Positions 7,333 through 17,299 of a stretch of DNA of 35,993 nt are shown in pieces. A program made the translations under genes and the position numbers. How positions within the stretch are numbered: position 1 is the stretch's first letter; every line of letters starts with the position of its first letter. The stretch is from a virus (taxonomy: Duplodnaviria > Heunggongvirae > Uroviricota > Caudoviricetes), in IMG/VR virus record IMGVR_UViG_2585427748_000014, positions 1-35,993 of that record; one strand, given 5' to 3'. The notes under the pieces are model-generated. The model ran no database searches. It worked only from the letters and a program-made list of their open reading frames with translations, and was not told the DNA's origin.

Positions 7333-8328
7333 GTGACCGTGAGAGCACTACTGACCCCTGAAATTGCCCCGCGTATGGGGATCGTATTGTTCAGGCCAGG
7401 TTCAGAGCTGATGCCCCTGTTTATGCAGGGGCGTGTCCTGCTGGAGCCTGAGCCGGAACGTTATTCATCTTTCGCCAGTGGTGCCGTTCCGGCGGCATCA
7501 CAACCGCTGGCGGATGATCCTGCCGTTCGGGCCGTGTTCCGCAATGAGGCAGTGATCCGTCGTGCTGGTGGCGTGGAATGTCTTGAAAGCTGGTTACTTC
7601 GTGAAAAAGGCTGCCAGTGGCCTCATTCCGACTGGCACAGCGAGAACATGACCACAATGCGACACGCGCCGGGCGCAATCCGTCTGTGCTGGCACTGCGA
7701 TAACCAGCTGCGCGATCAGTTCACGGAACGGCTGGAATCAATGGCAACGGATAACTGTGTCCGGTGGGTGTTATCTGTCGTGCGTCGGGATCTCGGTTTT
7801 GATGACAGTCACGTTGTGACAATGCCGGAACTGTGCTGGTGGCTGATTCGTAATGATCTGGCGGATGCCTTACCGGAAAGTGCAGCCCGTAAGGCACTGA
7901 GATTACCGAAGCCTGTTGTGCCGTCTGTTACCCGGGAAAGTGACCTTGTGCCTTCGGTTCCTGCCACCAGCATCATCCAGGATAAGGCGAAAAAGGTGCT
8001 GGCGCTGAAAGTGGATCCGGAGTCGCCGGAGTCTTTTATGTTACGCCCAAAACGTCGCCGCTGGGTTAATGAAAAGTACACGCGCTGGGTTAAGACACAG
8101 CCGTGTGCATGTTGTGGAAAGCCTGCTGATGATCCCCACCACCTGATAGGCCACGGTCAGGGGGGAATGGGTACAAAAGCGCATGACCTCTTCGTGCTGC
8201 CTTTGTGCAGAAAGCATCACGACGAGCTGCATGCGGGTACCGTGGCATTTGAAGAGATGTATGGCTCCCAGTTGGAGCTGATATTTCGTTTTATCGATCG
8301 TGCGCTGGCAATAGGCGTACTGGCGTAA
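7333..8328 (+). CDS. DUF968-family protein (Ref/HNH-like C-terminal Cys/His cluster); start uncertain (GTG 7333 or 7339, or ATG 7375)
   Basis: C-terminal CACCGK...HHLIGHGQGGMGTKAHD...CRKHHDELH motif typical of DUF968 Nin-region proteins. Confidence 0.65.
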   Translation: MTVRALLTPEIAPRMGIVLFRPGSELMPLFMQGRVLLEPEPERYSSFASGAVPAASQPLADDPAVRAVFRNEAVIRRAGGVECLESWLLREKGCQWPHSDWHSENMTTMRHAPGAIRLCWHCDNQLRDQFTERLESMATDNCVRWVLSVVRRDLGFDDSHVVTMPELCWWLIRNDLADALPESAARKALRLPKPVVPSVTRESDLVPSVPATSIIQDKAKKVLALKVDPESPESFMLRPKRRRWVNEKYTRWVKTQPCACCGKPADDPHHLIGHGQGGMGTKAHDLFVLPLCRKHHDELHAGTVAFEEMYGSQLELIFRFIDRALAIGVLA

Positions 8329-8341
8329 GTGGAGAACGAGC

Positions 8342-9094
8342 ATGAACCTTGAAGCCTTACCAAAATATTACTCCCCAAAATCTCCAAAATTGAGTGATGA
8401 CGCACCGGCGACAGGCTCGGGTGGTTTAACAATTACAGATGTGATGGCTGCGCAGGGGATGGTGCAGTCGAAAGCACCGCTTGGGTTTTCCTTATTCCTG
8501 GCAAAAGTTGGTGTTCAGGATCCTCAGTTTGCGATTGAAGGTCTGCTCAATTACGCGATGGCACTGGATAACCCGACATTGAACAAATTGAGTGAAGAAA
8601 CCCGGCTACAGATCATTCCTTACCTTGTGAATTTTGCCTTTGCTGATTATTCCAGGTCTGCGGCAAGTAAGGCTCGCTGTGAGCATTGTGCTGGTACTGG
8701 ATTTCATAATGTATTGCGCGAAGTGGTGAAACACTCCAGAAGCGGGGAGTCTGTTATCAAGGAAGAGTGGGTGAAGGAACTATGTCAGCATTGTCATGGT
8801 AAGGGAGAAGTCAGCACAGCGTGCAGAGGGTGTAAGGGTAAAGGTATTGTCCTGGATGAAAAAAGAACCCGGCTTCATGGCACGCCTGTTTATAAGATTT
8901 GTGGGCGTTGCAATGGAAACCGGTTTAGCCGTTTACCAACCACACTGGCGCGGCTTCATGTCCAGAAGCTGGTACCAGACCTGACGGATTATCAGTGGTA
9001 CAAAGGATATGCAGATGTCATTGATAAACTGGTTACAAAGTGCTGGCAGGAGGAAGCTTACGCTGAAGCACAATTGAGAAGGGTGACGAGATAA
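8342..9094 (+). CDS. Q: Late-gene antitermination protein Q
   Basis: 250 aa with CxxC zinc-binding pairs (CEHCAGTG, CQHCHGKG, CRGCKGKG, CGRC); positioned before the lysis genes. Confidence 0.8.
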   Translation: MNLEALPKYYSPKSPKLSDDAPATGSGGLTITDVMAAQGMVQSKAPLGFSLFLAKVGVQDPQFAIEGLLNYAMALDNPTLNKLSEETRLQIIPYLVNFAFADYSRSAASKARCEHCAGTGFHNVLREVVKHSRSGESVIKEEWVKELCQHCHGKGEVSTACRGCKGKGIVLDEKRTRLHGTPVYKICGRCNGNRFSRLPTTLARLHVQKLVPDLTDYQWYKGYADVIDKLVTKCWQEEAYAEAQLRRVTR

Positions 9095-9180
9095 GCGATT
9101 TTCGCCGAAGATAACGACATAATGCTTGTGTTTCTCAAAAAATATGGATAAGATTTTCTCAACGATGGGGCTTGTGTATC

Positions 9181-9226
9181 TATCGTTGAACGATTTTTAC
9201 GACCTCGCTATTGCGAGGTTTTTTTA
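9181..9226 (+). terminator. Tandem rho-independent terminators downstream of Q (tR'-like): hairpin 9203-9218 CCTCGCTATTGCGAGG plus T-run, preceded by a smaller hairpin plus T-run
   Basis: GC-rich stems followed by U tracts on the + strand. Confidence 0.7.
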
Positions 9227-9262
9227 TGGTTTTTTTCTATTCAATCTACATCAAAATCAATG

Positions 9263-9271
9263 TGTTATAAT
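9263..9271 (+). promoter_or_regulatory. Extended -10 promoter (TGtTATAAT) upstream of the moron gene at 9309
   Basis: Perfect TATAAT at 9266-9271 with TG at 9263-9264. Confidence 0.5.
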
Positions 9272-9308
9272 GTTTTCTGTAAAACAACATTAAAAACAGG
9301 AGAACATT

Positions 9309-9578
9309 ATGAAACTGACCTCTATCCATCTTGAAATACTACGTCGAGTGAATGAATTGCAGCCAAAGGATTCTAGAATTCAGGCTGCATCATTACCTCA
9401 TCTCTCAGCAAAAGAGGTTAATTTTGCTATTTCAGATCTTGCTGATATAGGTTTTATCGATGTTATACGAAGCAAATCTGCCGAAGGTGGATTGATTGCT
9501 AATGAGATAACGTCAAAAGGTTTTGCTTTTTTGAGTGAGATTGGCGCTGAAAAAAATTCATCGATGAGCACTCATTGA
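9309..9578 (+). CDS. Small winged-helix-like protein (89 aa), A+T-rich moron gene
   Basis: AGGAG Shine-Dalgarno; wHTH-like features (LEILRRVNELQ...ISDLADIGFIDVIRS); A+T-rich relative to neighbours. Confidence 0.5.
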   Translation: MKLTSIHLEILRRVNELQPKDSRIQAASLPHLSAKEVNFAISDLADIGFIDVIRSKSAEGGLIANEITSKGFAFLSEIGAEKNSSMSTH

Positions 9579-9592
9579 TTTCTGCTTCAATC

Positions 9593-9610
9593 GGCTGCCA
9601 ATTGGCAGCC
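9593..9610. promoter_or_regulatory. Perfect 18-bp palindrome GGCTGCCAATTGGCAGCC (hairpin or dimeric-regulator site)
   Basis: Perfect inverted repeat read from the sequence; a related copy lies at 10616-10633. Confidence 0.5.
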
Positions 9611-9775
9611 TAAACTGTAAAGTGAATTTAAAATCGCCTACAATTGATGCTTAAATTTTGTTCTGTATCATCTGCAGGTTTAGGGATATCACAGTAGCTT
9701 TCTGACAAGAAGAGTTCTTTTCTTCTACCAATGAAGTGGTTATGTTAACCTGCGCTAAATCGAGACTGGTGCGGA

Positions 9776-10582
9776 GTGGAATCGAAAGTGTCATATTTTT
9801 ACAGAAGCAAGAATATTTCAGGTGTTTCTATAAATGAAGATAGCTTGATTAGCTTAAGCACGGCAATTGTCGAACGCTGCGTTAAAATGAATGAGCAAGC
9901 TCAAAAGGAAAGTAGGGAAGTTTGTGCCCAATGTGTTTTTTTTATTTTGTTCGATGGTAAGGGATATAAAGTTGATTCTATCGGTGAGCTTGTGAAATAC
10001 TTTAGACAGGCCACTAGGATTGATCAAATAATTTTTACTATTGAAACTTATCAAAGTCGACAGTCTAACAGGATGAATGGATCTTGGATGGAGCTACGAA
10101 TTGATGAGAGGAATTCAAATAGCAGCACAATGATTGTAGCATCGGAAGATAATGAGTGGGTTGACTCGTTATGGATTACGATTCAGGATTTACTTAACAA
10201 GTGCAAAAATAAATTTAGATTTTTTAGAACAGCTTGGACTATGTTAAGTATCCAGATTTCAGGTGTGACAGTTGGCTTTTTGCTTAGCTTATGGACAGCC
10301 TCAAAACTGGCGCCAAAACTATCAATCGATGGTGCATTTGCTTTATCATTTATTTGTATCTTTATTTTGTTTTCGAACTTATGGAGCTTTGCTATTCCAT
10401 TAATAATTAAGCTTATCGACTTTTTGTTTCCTAGTGTTAAGTTTGTTATTAATGGTAAAAATTACTTTCACTGGAGTGTCCAGGCTATAATTGGAGCGAT
10501 TGCCAGTGCGGTTATATTATATTTTATTAGCTCCATGTTGCTTTTTGCATTAGAAATGTTAAATAGCATCATTAAGAAATAG
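9776..10582 (+). CDS. Hypothetical membrane protein: soluble N-terminal domain plus three C-terminal transmembrane helices (A+T-rich moron); start uncertain (GTG 9776 or a downstream start)
   Basis: Three hydrophobic segments in the C-terminal third; A+T-rich; flanked by related hairpins. Confidence 0.5.
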   Translation: MESKVSYFYRSKNISGVSINEDSLISLSTAIVERCVKMNEQAQKESREVCAQCVFFILFDGKGYKVDSIGELVKYFRQATRIDQIIFTIETYQSRQSNRMNGSWMELRIDERNSNSSTMIVASEDNEWVDSLWITIQDLLNKCKNKFRFFRTAWTMLSIQISGVTVGFLLSLWTASKLAPKLSIDGAFALSFICIFILFSNLWSFAIPLIIKLIDFLFPSVKFVINGKNYFHWSVQAIIGAIASAVILYFISSMLLFALEMLNSIIKK

Positions 10583-10615
10583 TTAATGAATTAGTTATAA
10601 TTACATCAATTCTAT

Positions 10616-10640
10616 GGCTGCCAAATGGTGGCCTTTTTTA
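10616..10640 (+). terminator. Rho-independent terminator after the moron membrane gene (GGCTGCCAAATGGTGGCC plus T-run)
   Basis: 7-bp stem (including G-U pairs) followed by TTTTTT. Confidence 0.6.
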
Positions 10641-10690
10641 TTCCTCTCATTTCTATTTCTGAGAGGACTCACTGCAATAAGAGGTGGCTA

Positions 10691-11077
10691 ATGTCCGATC
10701 CGATTTCCGGCACAGGGTTAGCTGGTGGAGCCCTAACGGGCGCTAGTATTTATGGACTGCTGACCGGAACTGATTACGGCGTTGTATTTGGCGCATTTGC
10801 AGGGGCTGTATTCTATATAGCAACAGCAGCAGATCTGAGTGCATCGCGTCGACTGGCATATTTTATCGTGTCATATATTGCTGGGATCCTTTGCTCTGGG
10901 TTGGTTGGCTCCAAGCTGGCAAACTTGACCGGATACAGTGATAAACCTCTGGATGCTATTGGTGCCGTAATCGTCTCTGCTTTAGCCGTTAAAATCCTGA
11001 CGTTCCTGAATAATCAGGATATCGGCTCCCTGGGGGGGCTCATAACGCGCCGGGGAGGTTCAGGTGGAGCTAAATGA
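10691..11077 (+). CDS. Putative holin (multi-TM small membrane protein)
   Basis: AAGAGG Shine-Dalgarno; Gly/Ala-rich hydrophobic segments; first gene of the lysis cassette after Q. Confidence 0.6.
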   Translation: MSDPISGTGLAGGALTGASIYGLLTGTDYGVVFGAFAGAVFYIATAADLSASRRLAYFIVSYIAGILCSGLVGSKLANLTGYSDKPLDAIGAVIVSALAVKILTFLNNQDIGSLGGLITRRGGSGGAK

Positions 11078-11345
11078 CCCGACAGCAACTATTAATGCGC
11101 TGTTATGTGCTTGTGTTGTTATTACTCTGATGTTTTATCGTCGTGGTGATTCGCGGCATCGTCCTTGGGTTTCACGTTTAGCCTGGCTGATTACTGTTAC
11201 ATACAGTGCTGTTCCGTTGGCCTATCTCTGTGGGATTTATCCTCACTCCTCATGGCTCATTATCGTGGCGAATACTATTTTTCTTTCCGTGCTGGTGGCC
11301 GTCAGAGGCAACGTTGCACGTCTGGTTGATCATCTGAGGCACTAA
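11064..11345 (+). CDS. Second lysis-cassette membrane protein (holin/antiholin-like, 3 TM), GTG start
   Basis: GGGGAGG 5 nt upstream of GTG 11064; overlaps the holin 3' end; three hydrophobic helices. Confidence 0.45.
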   Translation: MELNDPTATINALLCACVVITLMFYRRGDSRHRPWVSRLAWLITVTYSAVPLAYLCGIYPHSSWLIIVANTIFLSVLVAVRGNVARLVDHLRH

Positions 11346-11962
11346 TGAACCAACAATTATTTCAAAAGGCGGCTGGTATTAGCGCCGGGCTGGCTGCGCG
11401 CTGGTTTCCGCACATTGATGCTGCAATGAAAGAGTTTGGAATCACAGCAGTTAACGATCAGGCCATGTTCATTGCACAAGTTGGGCATGAATCTGCTGGT
11501 TTTACCTCGCTGGTGGAAAGCTTCAACTACTCGGTAGACGGGCTGAAGAAAACCTTTAGTAAACGCCTGACGCCTTATCAGTGTGAAATGCTGGGGCGTG
11601 TCGATGGTAAGCAGGTAGCCCACCAGCCGCAAATAGCCAATCTGGTATATGGTGACCGCATGGGGAATAACAGCCAGGGTGACGGCTGGAAATATCGCGG
11701 TCGTGGCCTGCTTCAAATCACCGGCCGCGAGAACTACGCCAAATGCGGTGCGGCGCTGAAGTTGGATCTGATCAGCACACCAGAGTTGCTGACACAGGAG
11801 AAACATGCAGCCCGTTCTGCTGCATGGTATTTCACATTACGTGGTTGTCTGATGTATTCAGGTGATGTTGTCCGTGTAACGCAGATCATCAACGGTGGCC
11901 AGAATGGACTGGCTGACAGAAATAGTCGTTATAACAAAGCGCGGGCGGCGTTGCTGGTATGA
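11345..11962 (+). CDS. Endolysin, glycoside hydrolase family 19 (chitinase-like lysozyme)
   Basis: Motifs [12 protein letters not shown] and [13 protein letters not shown] typical of GH19 phage endolysins. Confidence 0.85.
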   Translation: MNQQLFQKAAGISAGLAARWFPHIDAAMKEFGITAVNDQAMFIAQVGHESAGFTSLVESFNYSVDGLKKTFSKRLTPYQCEMLGRVDGKQVAHQPQIANLVYGDRMGNNSQGDGWKYRGRGLLQITGRENYAKCGAALKLDLISTPELLTQEKHAARSAAWYFTLRGCLMYSGDVVRVTQIINGGQNGLADRNSRYNKARAALLV

Positions 11963-12495
11963 CAGCGGTCTTTGCTTTTGTTCAGGCGCGGTGGAAAACA
12001 ATCATTGTTTTGCTGATGTTGGCTGGTGCATTTCTTGCCGGGAACATCTGGAGTGAGCGGGGCTGGCAAAAGAAGTGGGCTGACCACAATAGCATGGAAT
12101 CTTCACAGGAAGCGAACGCGCAGACTGCCGCACGCTGGATTGAACAAGGGCGCATAATTGCCCGTGATGAGGCTGTAAAAGATGCACAAGCACAAGCCGC
12201 TAAATCTGCTGCCACTGCTGCTGGCCTGTCTGCCACTGTTAGCCAGTTGCGTACCGAAGCAACAAAGCTTGCCGCACGCCTGGACGCCGCAAAGCACACC
12301 GCTGATCTTGCCGCTGCCGTCCGAAGCAAAACAACCGACGCTGACGCCGGAATGTTCGCCGACATGCTCGGAGATATTGCAGCAGAAGCTAAACGTTATG
12401 CTGGAATCGCTGACGAACGCTACACCGCCGGGATGACGTGTGAACGTATTTACGACTCGTTGAGAGAGTCAAATAACGCTATCCCCCACAATTGA
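11959..12495 (+). CDS. i-spanin (Rz-like)
   Basis: N-terminal TM helix followed by an Ala/Gln-rich coiled-coil-like region; follows the endolysin with ATGA overlap. Confidence 0.75.
   Translation: MTAVFAFVQARWKTIIVLLMLAGAFLAGNIWSERGWQKKWADHNSMESSQEANAQTAARWIEQGRIIARDEAVKDAQAQAAKSAATAAGLSATVSQLRTEATKLAARLDAAKHTADLAAAVRSKTTDADAGMFADMLGDIAAEAKRYAGIADERYTAGMTCERIYDSLRESNNAIPHN
12182..12436 (+). CDS. o-spanin (Rz1-like lipoprotein) embedded in the +1 frame of Rz
   Basis: Signal peptide with lipobox LLASC; Pro-rich mature region; wholly inside the Rz gene. Confidence 0.65.
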   Translation: MHKHKPLNLLPLLLACLPLLASCVPKQQSLPHAWTPQSTPLILPLPSEAKQPTLTPECSPTCSEILQQKLNVMLESLTNATPPG

Positions 12496-12561
12496 TTTTT
12501 TATCATATTCGAACGACTATGAAGGGTGTAAACAATTATAATCCAGTGATGAATTTTTCAA

Positions 12562-12837
12562 ATGTCAAAGCAAGGATATGCAGTGAGTGGTCATAGTGAT
12601 GGTTTAGCAGATATTTTGAGCATTGTAATTGTATTAGCAGTGGAACATTGGATTATCGCATCTCTCATAGTTGGTTTGATTATGTATCTAGTGGGGGCGA
12701 GCATAAACGAAAATGCTCAGACAAATGCCGGTGCCATTGCATCGGGAATCATAGGGGTATGTGGTCAATTTATTTTTGGTTTTGGCGTTCTGGCTAGCAT
12801 TATTGGGATTGTTAAATTCATTTGGACCCACACCTGA
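12562..12837 (+). CDS. Small hypothetical membrane protein (91 aa, 2 TM), A+T-rich moron
   Basis: Two hydrophobic helices; A+T-rich; TATAAT-like element upstream and a strong terminator downstream. Confidence 0.45.
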   Translation: MSKQGYAVSGHSDGLADILSIVIVLAVEHWIIASLIVGLIMYLVGASINENAQTNAGAIASGIIGVCGQFIFGFGVLASIIGIVKFIWTHT

Positions 12838-12859
12838 CAGCATCACTTTAGTCAATCAT

Positions 12860-12886
12860 AGCCTCGCAATAGCGGGGCTTTTTAAC
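12860..12886 (+). terminator. Rho-independent terminator (AGCCTCGC-AATA-GCGGGGCT plus T-run)
   Basis: 8-bp stem followed by a U tract. Confidence 0.65.
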
Positions 12887-12901
12887 AACTGAGGTATGAG
12901 C

Positions 12902-13099
12902 ATGACAGTAGTTCTTACAGCTAAGCAGATTGAAGACCTAGCAGCATTCGCGAAAGAAGATGGTCAGCCCCAATACACCATCACCACTGGTACAATCCCG
13001 GAATTCGAAGCGGATGATGGCGAGATTATCCCTGAATACACAGGGCTGATCGCTTACTCAGAGTCACTTGAGCACGGTGTATTGCAACTCGACGATTAG
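12902..13099 (+). CDS. Small acidic hypothetical protein
   Basis: ORF with GAGG upstream; start could be ATG 12896 or 12902. Confidence 0.4.
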   Translation: MTVVLTAKQIEDLAAFAKEDGQPQYTITTGTIPEFEADDGEIIPEYTGLIAYSESLEHGVLQLDD

Positions 13100-13162
13100 T
13101 GGCATTCAGCAGGCATTCATTAAGTGTCTGCGATAATGCTATACGTTTTTTAGGGAGTGAAT

Positions 13163-13513
13163 ATGCCACCGCGCACACCAAAGGCTTGCCGTGTTCGCGG
13201 CTGTCGCAACACCACAACAGACCCATCTGGCTACTGTGAAAATCACAAAGGTGAAGGCTGGAAGTCCTACAAGCCTGGTCAATCACGGCAGCAGCGAGGA
13301 TACGGAACAAAGTGGGAAGTCATCCGGGAGCGGATACTTAAGCGCGACAAAGGGCTGTGTCAGAACCATCTACGGCAGGCGATAGTGAAGCAGGCGTCCT
13401 GCGTGGACCACATCAAGGCGAAGGCCCACGGCGGTACTGATGAAGACAGCAACCTTGAAAGCCTGTGCTGGTCGTGTCACGCAGCGAAGACCGCGCGTGA
13501 GCGGCTCAAGTGA
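13163..13513 (+). CDS. HNH endonuclease (packaging-associated)
   Basis: AGGGAG Shine-Dalgarno; Cys/His motifs (CRVRGCRN...CENH, CQNH...CVDH...HGGTDEDSNLESLCWSCH); immediately upstream of the terminase genes. Confidence 0.85.
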   Translation: MPPRTPKACRVRGCRNTTTDPSGYCENHKGEGWKSYKPGQSRQQRGYGTKWEVIRERILKRDKGLCQNHLRQAIVKQASCVDHIKAKAHGGTDEDSNLESLCWSCHAAKTARERLK

Positions 13514-13639
13514 TAATTAATGTCATCATCAGACTGGGGAGGGGGAGGTCAAATCTCTGCGACCGCGCGCCTTCCGGACTGCCCGCCCCATCGTTTTTTT
13601 ATACCCGCGAAAAATGAAATTTAACCAGGAGTGCCGCAT
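13514..13639. other. Candidate cos/packaging site region between HNH and TerS
   Basis: GC-rich non-coding segment (GGGGAGGGGGAGG...) at the position where HK97-type phages carry cos. Confidence 0.35.
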
Positions 13640-14134
13640 ATGGCTGGAACGGCGGGGGGTTCCGGGCGTCGCCCCAAGCCAACGGCGCGCAAGGCGCTGG
13701 CCGGAAACCCCGGCAAGCGAGCCCTGAATAAAGATGAACCTGTTTTTACGCCCATCAAAGGTGTTGAGCCACCGGAGTGGTTCGCTGAAGAAGATCTCCC
13801 TCTCGCTACGATCATGTGGCAACTGACAACTAAAGAACTCTGCGGTCAGGGCCTGCTGTGCGTGACTGACCTTGCGGTGCTTGAGCGGTGGTGCGTGGCC
13901 TACGAGTTCTGGCGACGTGCCGTGAAAAATATTGCCAGACAGGGCAACACCATCACCGGTGCAATGGGCGGTATGGTCAAAAATCCGGAGCTGACTGCCA
14001 AAAAAGAACAGGAGTCCGAGATGAGCAGTACGGGGGCAATGCTCGGACTCGACCCCAGCAGCCGCCAGCGTCTGATTGGCCTGGCGGGGAAGAAGAAAGC
14101 CACTAACCCGTTTCTGAAAATCATCGAATCATGA
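13640..14134 (+). CDS. Terminase small subunit
   Basis: AGGAG Shine-Dalgarno; basic N-terminus; directly precedes TerL with ATGA overlap. Confidence 0.8.
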   Translation: MAGTAGGSGRRPKPTARKALAGNPGKRALNKDEPVFTPIKGVEPPEWFAEEDLPLATIMWQLTTKELCGQGLLCVTDLAVLERWCVAYEFWRRAVKNIARQGNTITGAMGGMVKNPELTAKKEQESEMSSTGAMLGLDPSSRQRLIGLAGKKKATNPFLKIIES

Positions 14135-15864
14135 GCCGGAAATCTTACCCCAACGTAAATGCTGCAAATCAGTATGCCCGGGATGTCGTGCGCGGAAAGA
14201 TTGTTGCCTGCCAGTTTGTGATTCAGGCCTGCCAGCGCCATCTTGATGACCTGATGGCGGAAAAAAGTAAGTCGTTTCGTTACCGCTTCGACAAGGACCT
14301 GGCTGAACGGGCCGCGAAATTTATTCAGCTGTTGCCGCACACCAAGGGGGAGTGGGCATTCAAACGGATGCCCATCACGCTGGAGCCGTGGCAGCTATTT
14401 GTGATCTGCTGTGCGTTTGGCTGGGTCAATAAAGGCACCCGGTTGCGCCGCTTCCGGGAGGTGTACACCGAAATCCCCCGTAAGAACGGCAAATCAGCAA
14501 TCTCTGCCGGTGTTGCCCTGTATTGTTTTGCCTGTGATAACGAGTTTGGCGCGGAAGTGTATTCCGGTGCCACGACAGAGAAACAGGCGTGGGAAGTCTT
14601 TCGCCCGGCGCGACTGATGTGTAAACGCACACCCATGCTGACGGAAGCGTTCGGGATTGAGGTTAACGCCTCAAACATGAACCGTCCGGAGGATGGCGCG
14701 CGGTTTGAACCGCTGATCGGCAACCCAGGTGATGGTTCATCACCCCACTGTGCCGTGGTTGATGAATATCACGAGCATGCCACCGATGCGCTTTATACCA
14801 CAATGCTTACCGGGATGGGGGCGCGACGTCAGCCACTGATGTGGGCCATCACCACCGCCGGGTACAACATTGAGGGGCCGTGCTACGACAAGCGGCGGGA
14901 AGTCATCGAGATGCTCAACGGCTCGGTGCCTAACGATGAACTGTTCGGGATCATCTATACCGTTGATGAAGGTGACGACTGGACCGACCCGCAGGTGCTG
15001 GAAAAAGCCAATCCAAATATTGGCGTGTCGGTTTATCGCGAATTTTTGTTAAGTCAGCAGCAGCGTGCGAAAAATAACGCCCGTCTGGCAAACGTCTTTA
15101 AAACAAAACACCTCAATATCTGGGTGTCGGCGCGTTCGGCGTATTTCAACCTGGTGAGCTGGCAGAGCTGCGAGGATAAATCACTGACTCTTGAGCAGTT
15201 CGAGGGGCAGCCGTGCATTCTGGCCTTTGACCTGGCGCGTAAGCTGGATATGAACAGCATGGCGCGACTTTATACCCGCGAGATTGACGGTAAAACGCAT
15301 TACTACAGTGTGGCCCCGCGTTTCTGGGTACCGTATGACACGGTGTACAGCGTCGAGAAAAATGAAGATCGCCGGACAGCCGAACGCTTTCAGAAATGGG
15401 TGGAAATGGGCGTTCTGACCGTTACCGATGGTGCAGAGGTGGATTATCGCTACATCCTCGAAGAGGCCAAAGCGGCGAACAAAATCAGCCCGGTCAGTGA
15501 GTCACCCATCGACCCTTTCGGAGCGACCGGGCTGTCACATGACCTTGCTGATGAAGACCTGAATCCCGTTACTATCGTCCAGAACTTCGCCAATATGTCC
15601 GACCCGATGAAAGAGCTGGAGGCAGCGATTGAATCGGGACGCTTTCATCATGACGGCAATCCCATCATGACCTGGTGTATCGGCAATGTGGTCGGCAAAA
15701 ACATGCCAGGTAACGATGATTTAGTGAAGCCCGTCAAAGAGCAGGCGGAAAACAAAATCGATGGTGCAGTTGCGCTGATTATGGCGGTTGGCAGAGCCAT
15801 GCTGTACGAGAAAGAAGACACGCTGTCTGACCACATTGAGTCCTATGGGATCCGCTCGCTTTAA
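14131..15864 (+). CDS. Terminase large subunit
   Basis: 577 aa with ATPase and nuclease features typical of TerL; classic position. Confidence 0.9.
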   Translation: MSRKSYPNVNAANQYARDVVRGKIVACQFVIQACQRHLDDLMAEKSKSFRYRFDKDLAERAAKFIQLLPHTKGEWAFKRMPITLEPWQLFVICCAFGWVNKGTRLRRFREVYTEIPRKNGKSAISAGVALYCFACDNEFGAEVYSGATTEKQAWEVFRPARLMCKRTPMLTEAFGIEVNASNMNRPEDGARFEPLIGNPGDGSSPHCAVVDEYHEHATDALYTTMLTGMGARRQPLMWAITTAGYNIEGPCYDKRREVIEMLNGSVPNDELFGIIYTVDEGDDWTDPQVLEKANPNIGVSVYREFLLSQQQRAKNNARLANVFKTKHLNIWVSARSAYFNLVSWQSCEDKSLTLEQFEGQPCILAFDLARKLDMNSMARLYTREIDGKTHYYSVAPRFWVPYDTVYSVEKNEDRRTAERFQKWVEMGVLTVTDGAEVDYRYILEEAKAANKISPVSESPIDPFGATGLSHDLADEDLNPVTIVQNFANMSDPMKELEAAIESGRFHHDGNPIMTWCIGNVVGKNMPGNDDLVKPVKEQAENKIDGAVALIMAVGRAMLYEKEDTLSDHIESYGIRSL

Positions 15865-15875
15865 CTGAGGTAATT

Positions 15876-16058
15876 ATGATCATGCTGATTCTCGCGCCTC
15901 TGGTGGGCGTGCTGGGGGCGCTTTTGCTGGCGTATGGTGCCTGGCTGATTTATCCCCCGGCGGGGTTTGTTGTTGCCGGGGCGTTGTGTCTGTTCTGGTC
16001 GTGGCTGGTGGCGCGATATCTCGACCGTACACAGTCGGCTGTCGGCGGAGGTAAATAG
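15876..16058 (+). CDS. Small hypothetical membrane protein (60 aa)
   Basis: GAGG Shine-Dalgarno; two hydrophobic helices. Confidence 0.35.
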   Translation: MIMLILAPLVGVLGALLLAYGAWLIYPPAGFVVAGALCLFWSWLVARYLDRTQSAVGGGK

Positions 16059-17299
16059 TGTTCTTTTCGGGATTATTTCAACGAAAAAGTGACGCACCGG
16101 TGACCACGCCAGCAGAGCTGGCGGATGCTATCGGGTTGTCCTACGACACCTATACCGGAAAGCAGATCAGCAGTCAGCGGGCCATGCGACTGACGGCGGT
16201 TTTTTCCTGCGTCAGGGTGCTGGCGGAGTCGGTCGGGATGTTGCCCTGCAACCTGTATCACCTGAACGGCAGCCTGAAGCAGAGAGCCACTGGCGAACGT
16301 CTGCATAAGCTGATCTCCACGCATCCCAATGGCTATATGACGCCGCAGGAGTTCTGGGAGCTGGTGGTCACCTGTCTGTGCCTGCGGGGAAACTTTTACG
16401 CCTACAAAGTGAAAGCATTTGGCGAAGTGGCTGAACTGCTGCCCGTCGATCCCGGCTGTGTGGTACCGAAGCTTAACAGTAGCTGGGAGCCGGTCTATCA
16501 GGTCACATTCCCGGATGGCTCCACGGATGTACTGAGCCAGGAGGATATCTGGCATGTGCGCACGCTGACGCTGGACGGACTGGTGGGGCTGAATCCCATC
16601 GCCTATGCCCGCGAGGCAATATCGCTGGCGGCAGCGACCGAAGAGCACGGGGCCAGACTGTTCAGCAATGGCGCGGTGACGTCGGGTGTGTTGCGTACAG
16701 AGCAGACGCTGTCAGATCAGGCTTACGAGCGCCTGAAGAAAGATTTTGAGGAGCGTCACACCGGGCTTGGCAATGCTCACCGCCCGATGATCCTTGAGAT
16801 GGGGCTGGACTGGAAGTCGATGGCGCTGAACGCCGAGGACAGCCAGTTCCTGGAAACCCGCAAGTTTCAGCTTGAAGAAATCTGTCGTCTGTTCCGGGTG
16901 CCGTTGCACATGGTGCAGAACACCGATCGCGCCACCTTCAACAATATCGAAGAGCTGGGGCTGGGATTTATCAACTATTCACTGGTGCCGTATCTGACCC
17001 GCATCGAGCAGCGGATCAACACCGGACTGGTTCGAAAAAGTAAGCAGGGCGTTTATTACGCCAAATTTAACGCCGGGGCGTTACTGCGCGGGGATATGAA
17101 GTCCCGTTTTGAAGCCTACGCCACCGGGATCAACTGGGGAATTTACTCTCCCAATGACTGCCGCGACCTGGAAGATATGAATCCGCGTCCCGGTGGGGAT
17201 GTCTATCTCACACCGATGAATATGACCACGAAACCCTCCGATGGCAGTAAAGCCGGTAAGCAGAAGGATAACGCCAATGCAGACGAAACAACGTCTTGA
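16058..17299 (+). CDS. Portal protein (HK97 family), GTG start
   Basis: GGAGG 7 nt upstream of GTG; 413 aa; position and sequence typical of HK97-type portals. Confidence 0.9.
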   Translation: MFFSGLFQRKSDAPVTTPAELADAIGLSYDTYTGKQISSQRAMRLTAVFSCVRVLAESVGMLPCNLYHLNGSLKQRATGERLHKLISTHPNGYMTPQEFWELVVTCLCLRGNFYAYKVKAFGEVAELLPVDPGCVVPKLNSSWEPVYQVTFPDGSTDVLSQEDIWHVRTLTLDGLVGLNPIAYAREAISLAAATEEHGARLFSNGAVTSGVLRTEQTLSDQAYERLKKDFEERHTGLGNAHRPMILEMGLDWKSMALNAEDSQFLETRKFQLEEICRLFRVPLHMVQNTDRATFNNIEELGLGFINYSLVPYLTRIEQRINTGLVRKSKQGVYYAKFNAGALLRGDMKSRFEAYATGINWGIYSPNDCRDLEDMNPRPGGDVYLTPMNMTTKPSDGSKAGKQKDNANADETTS

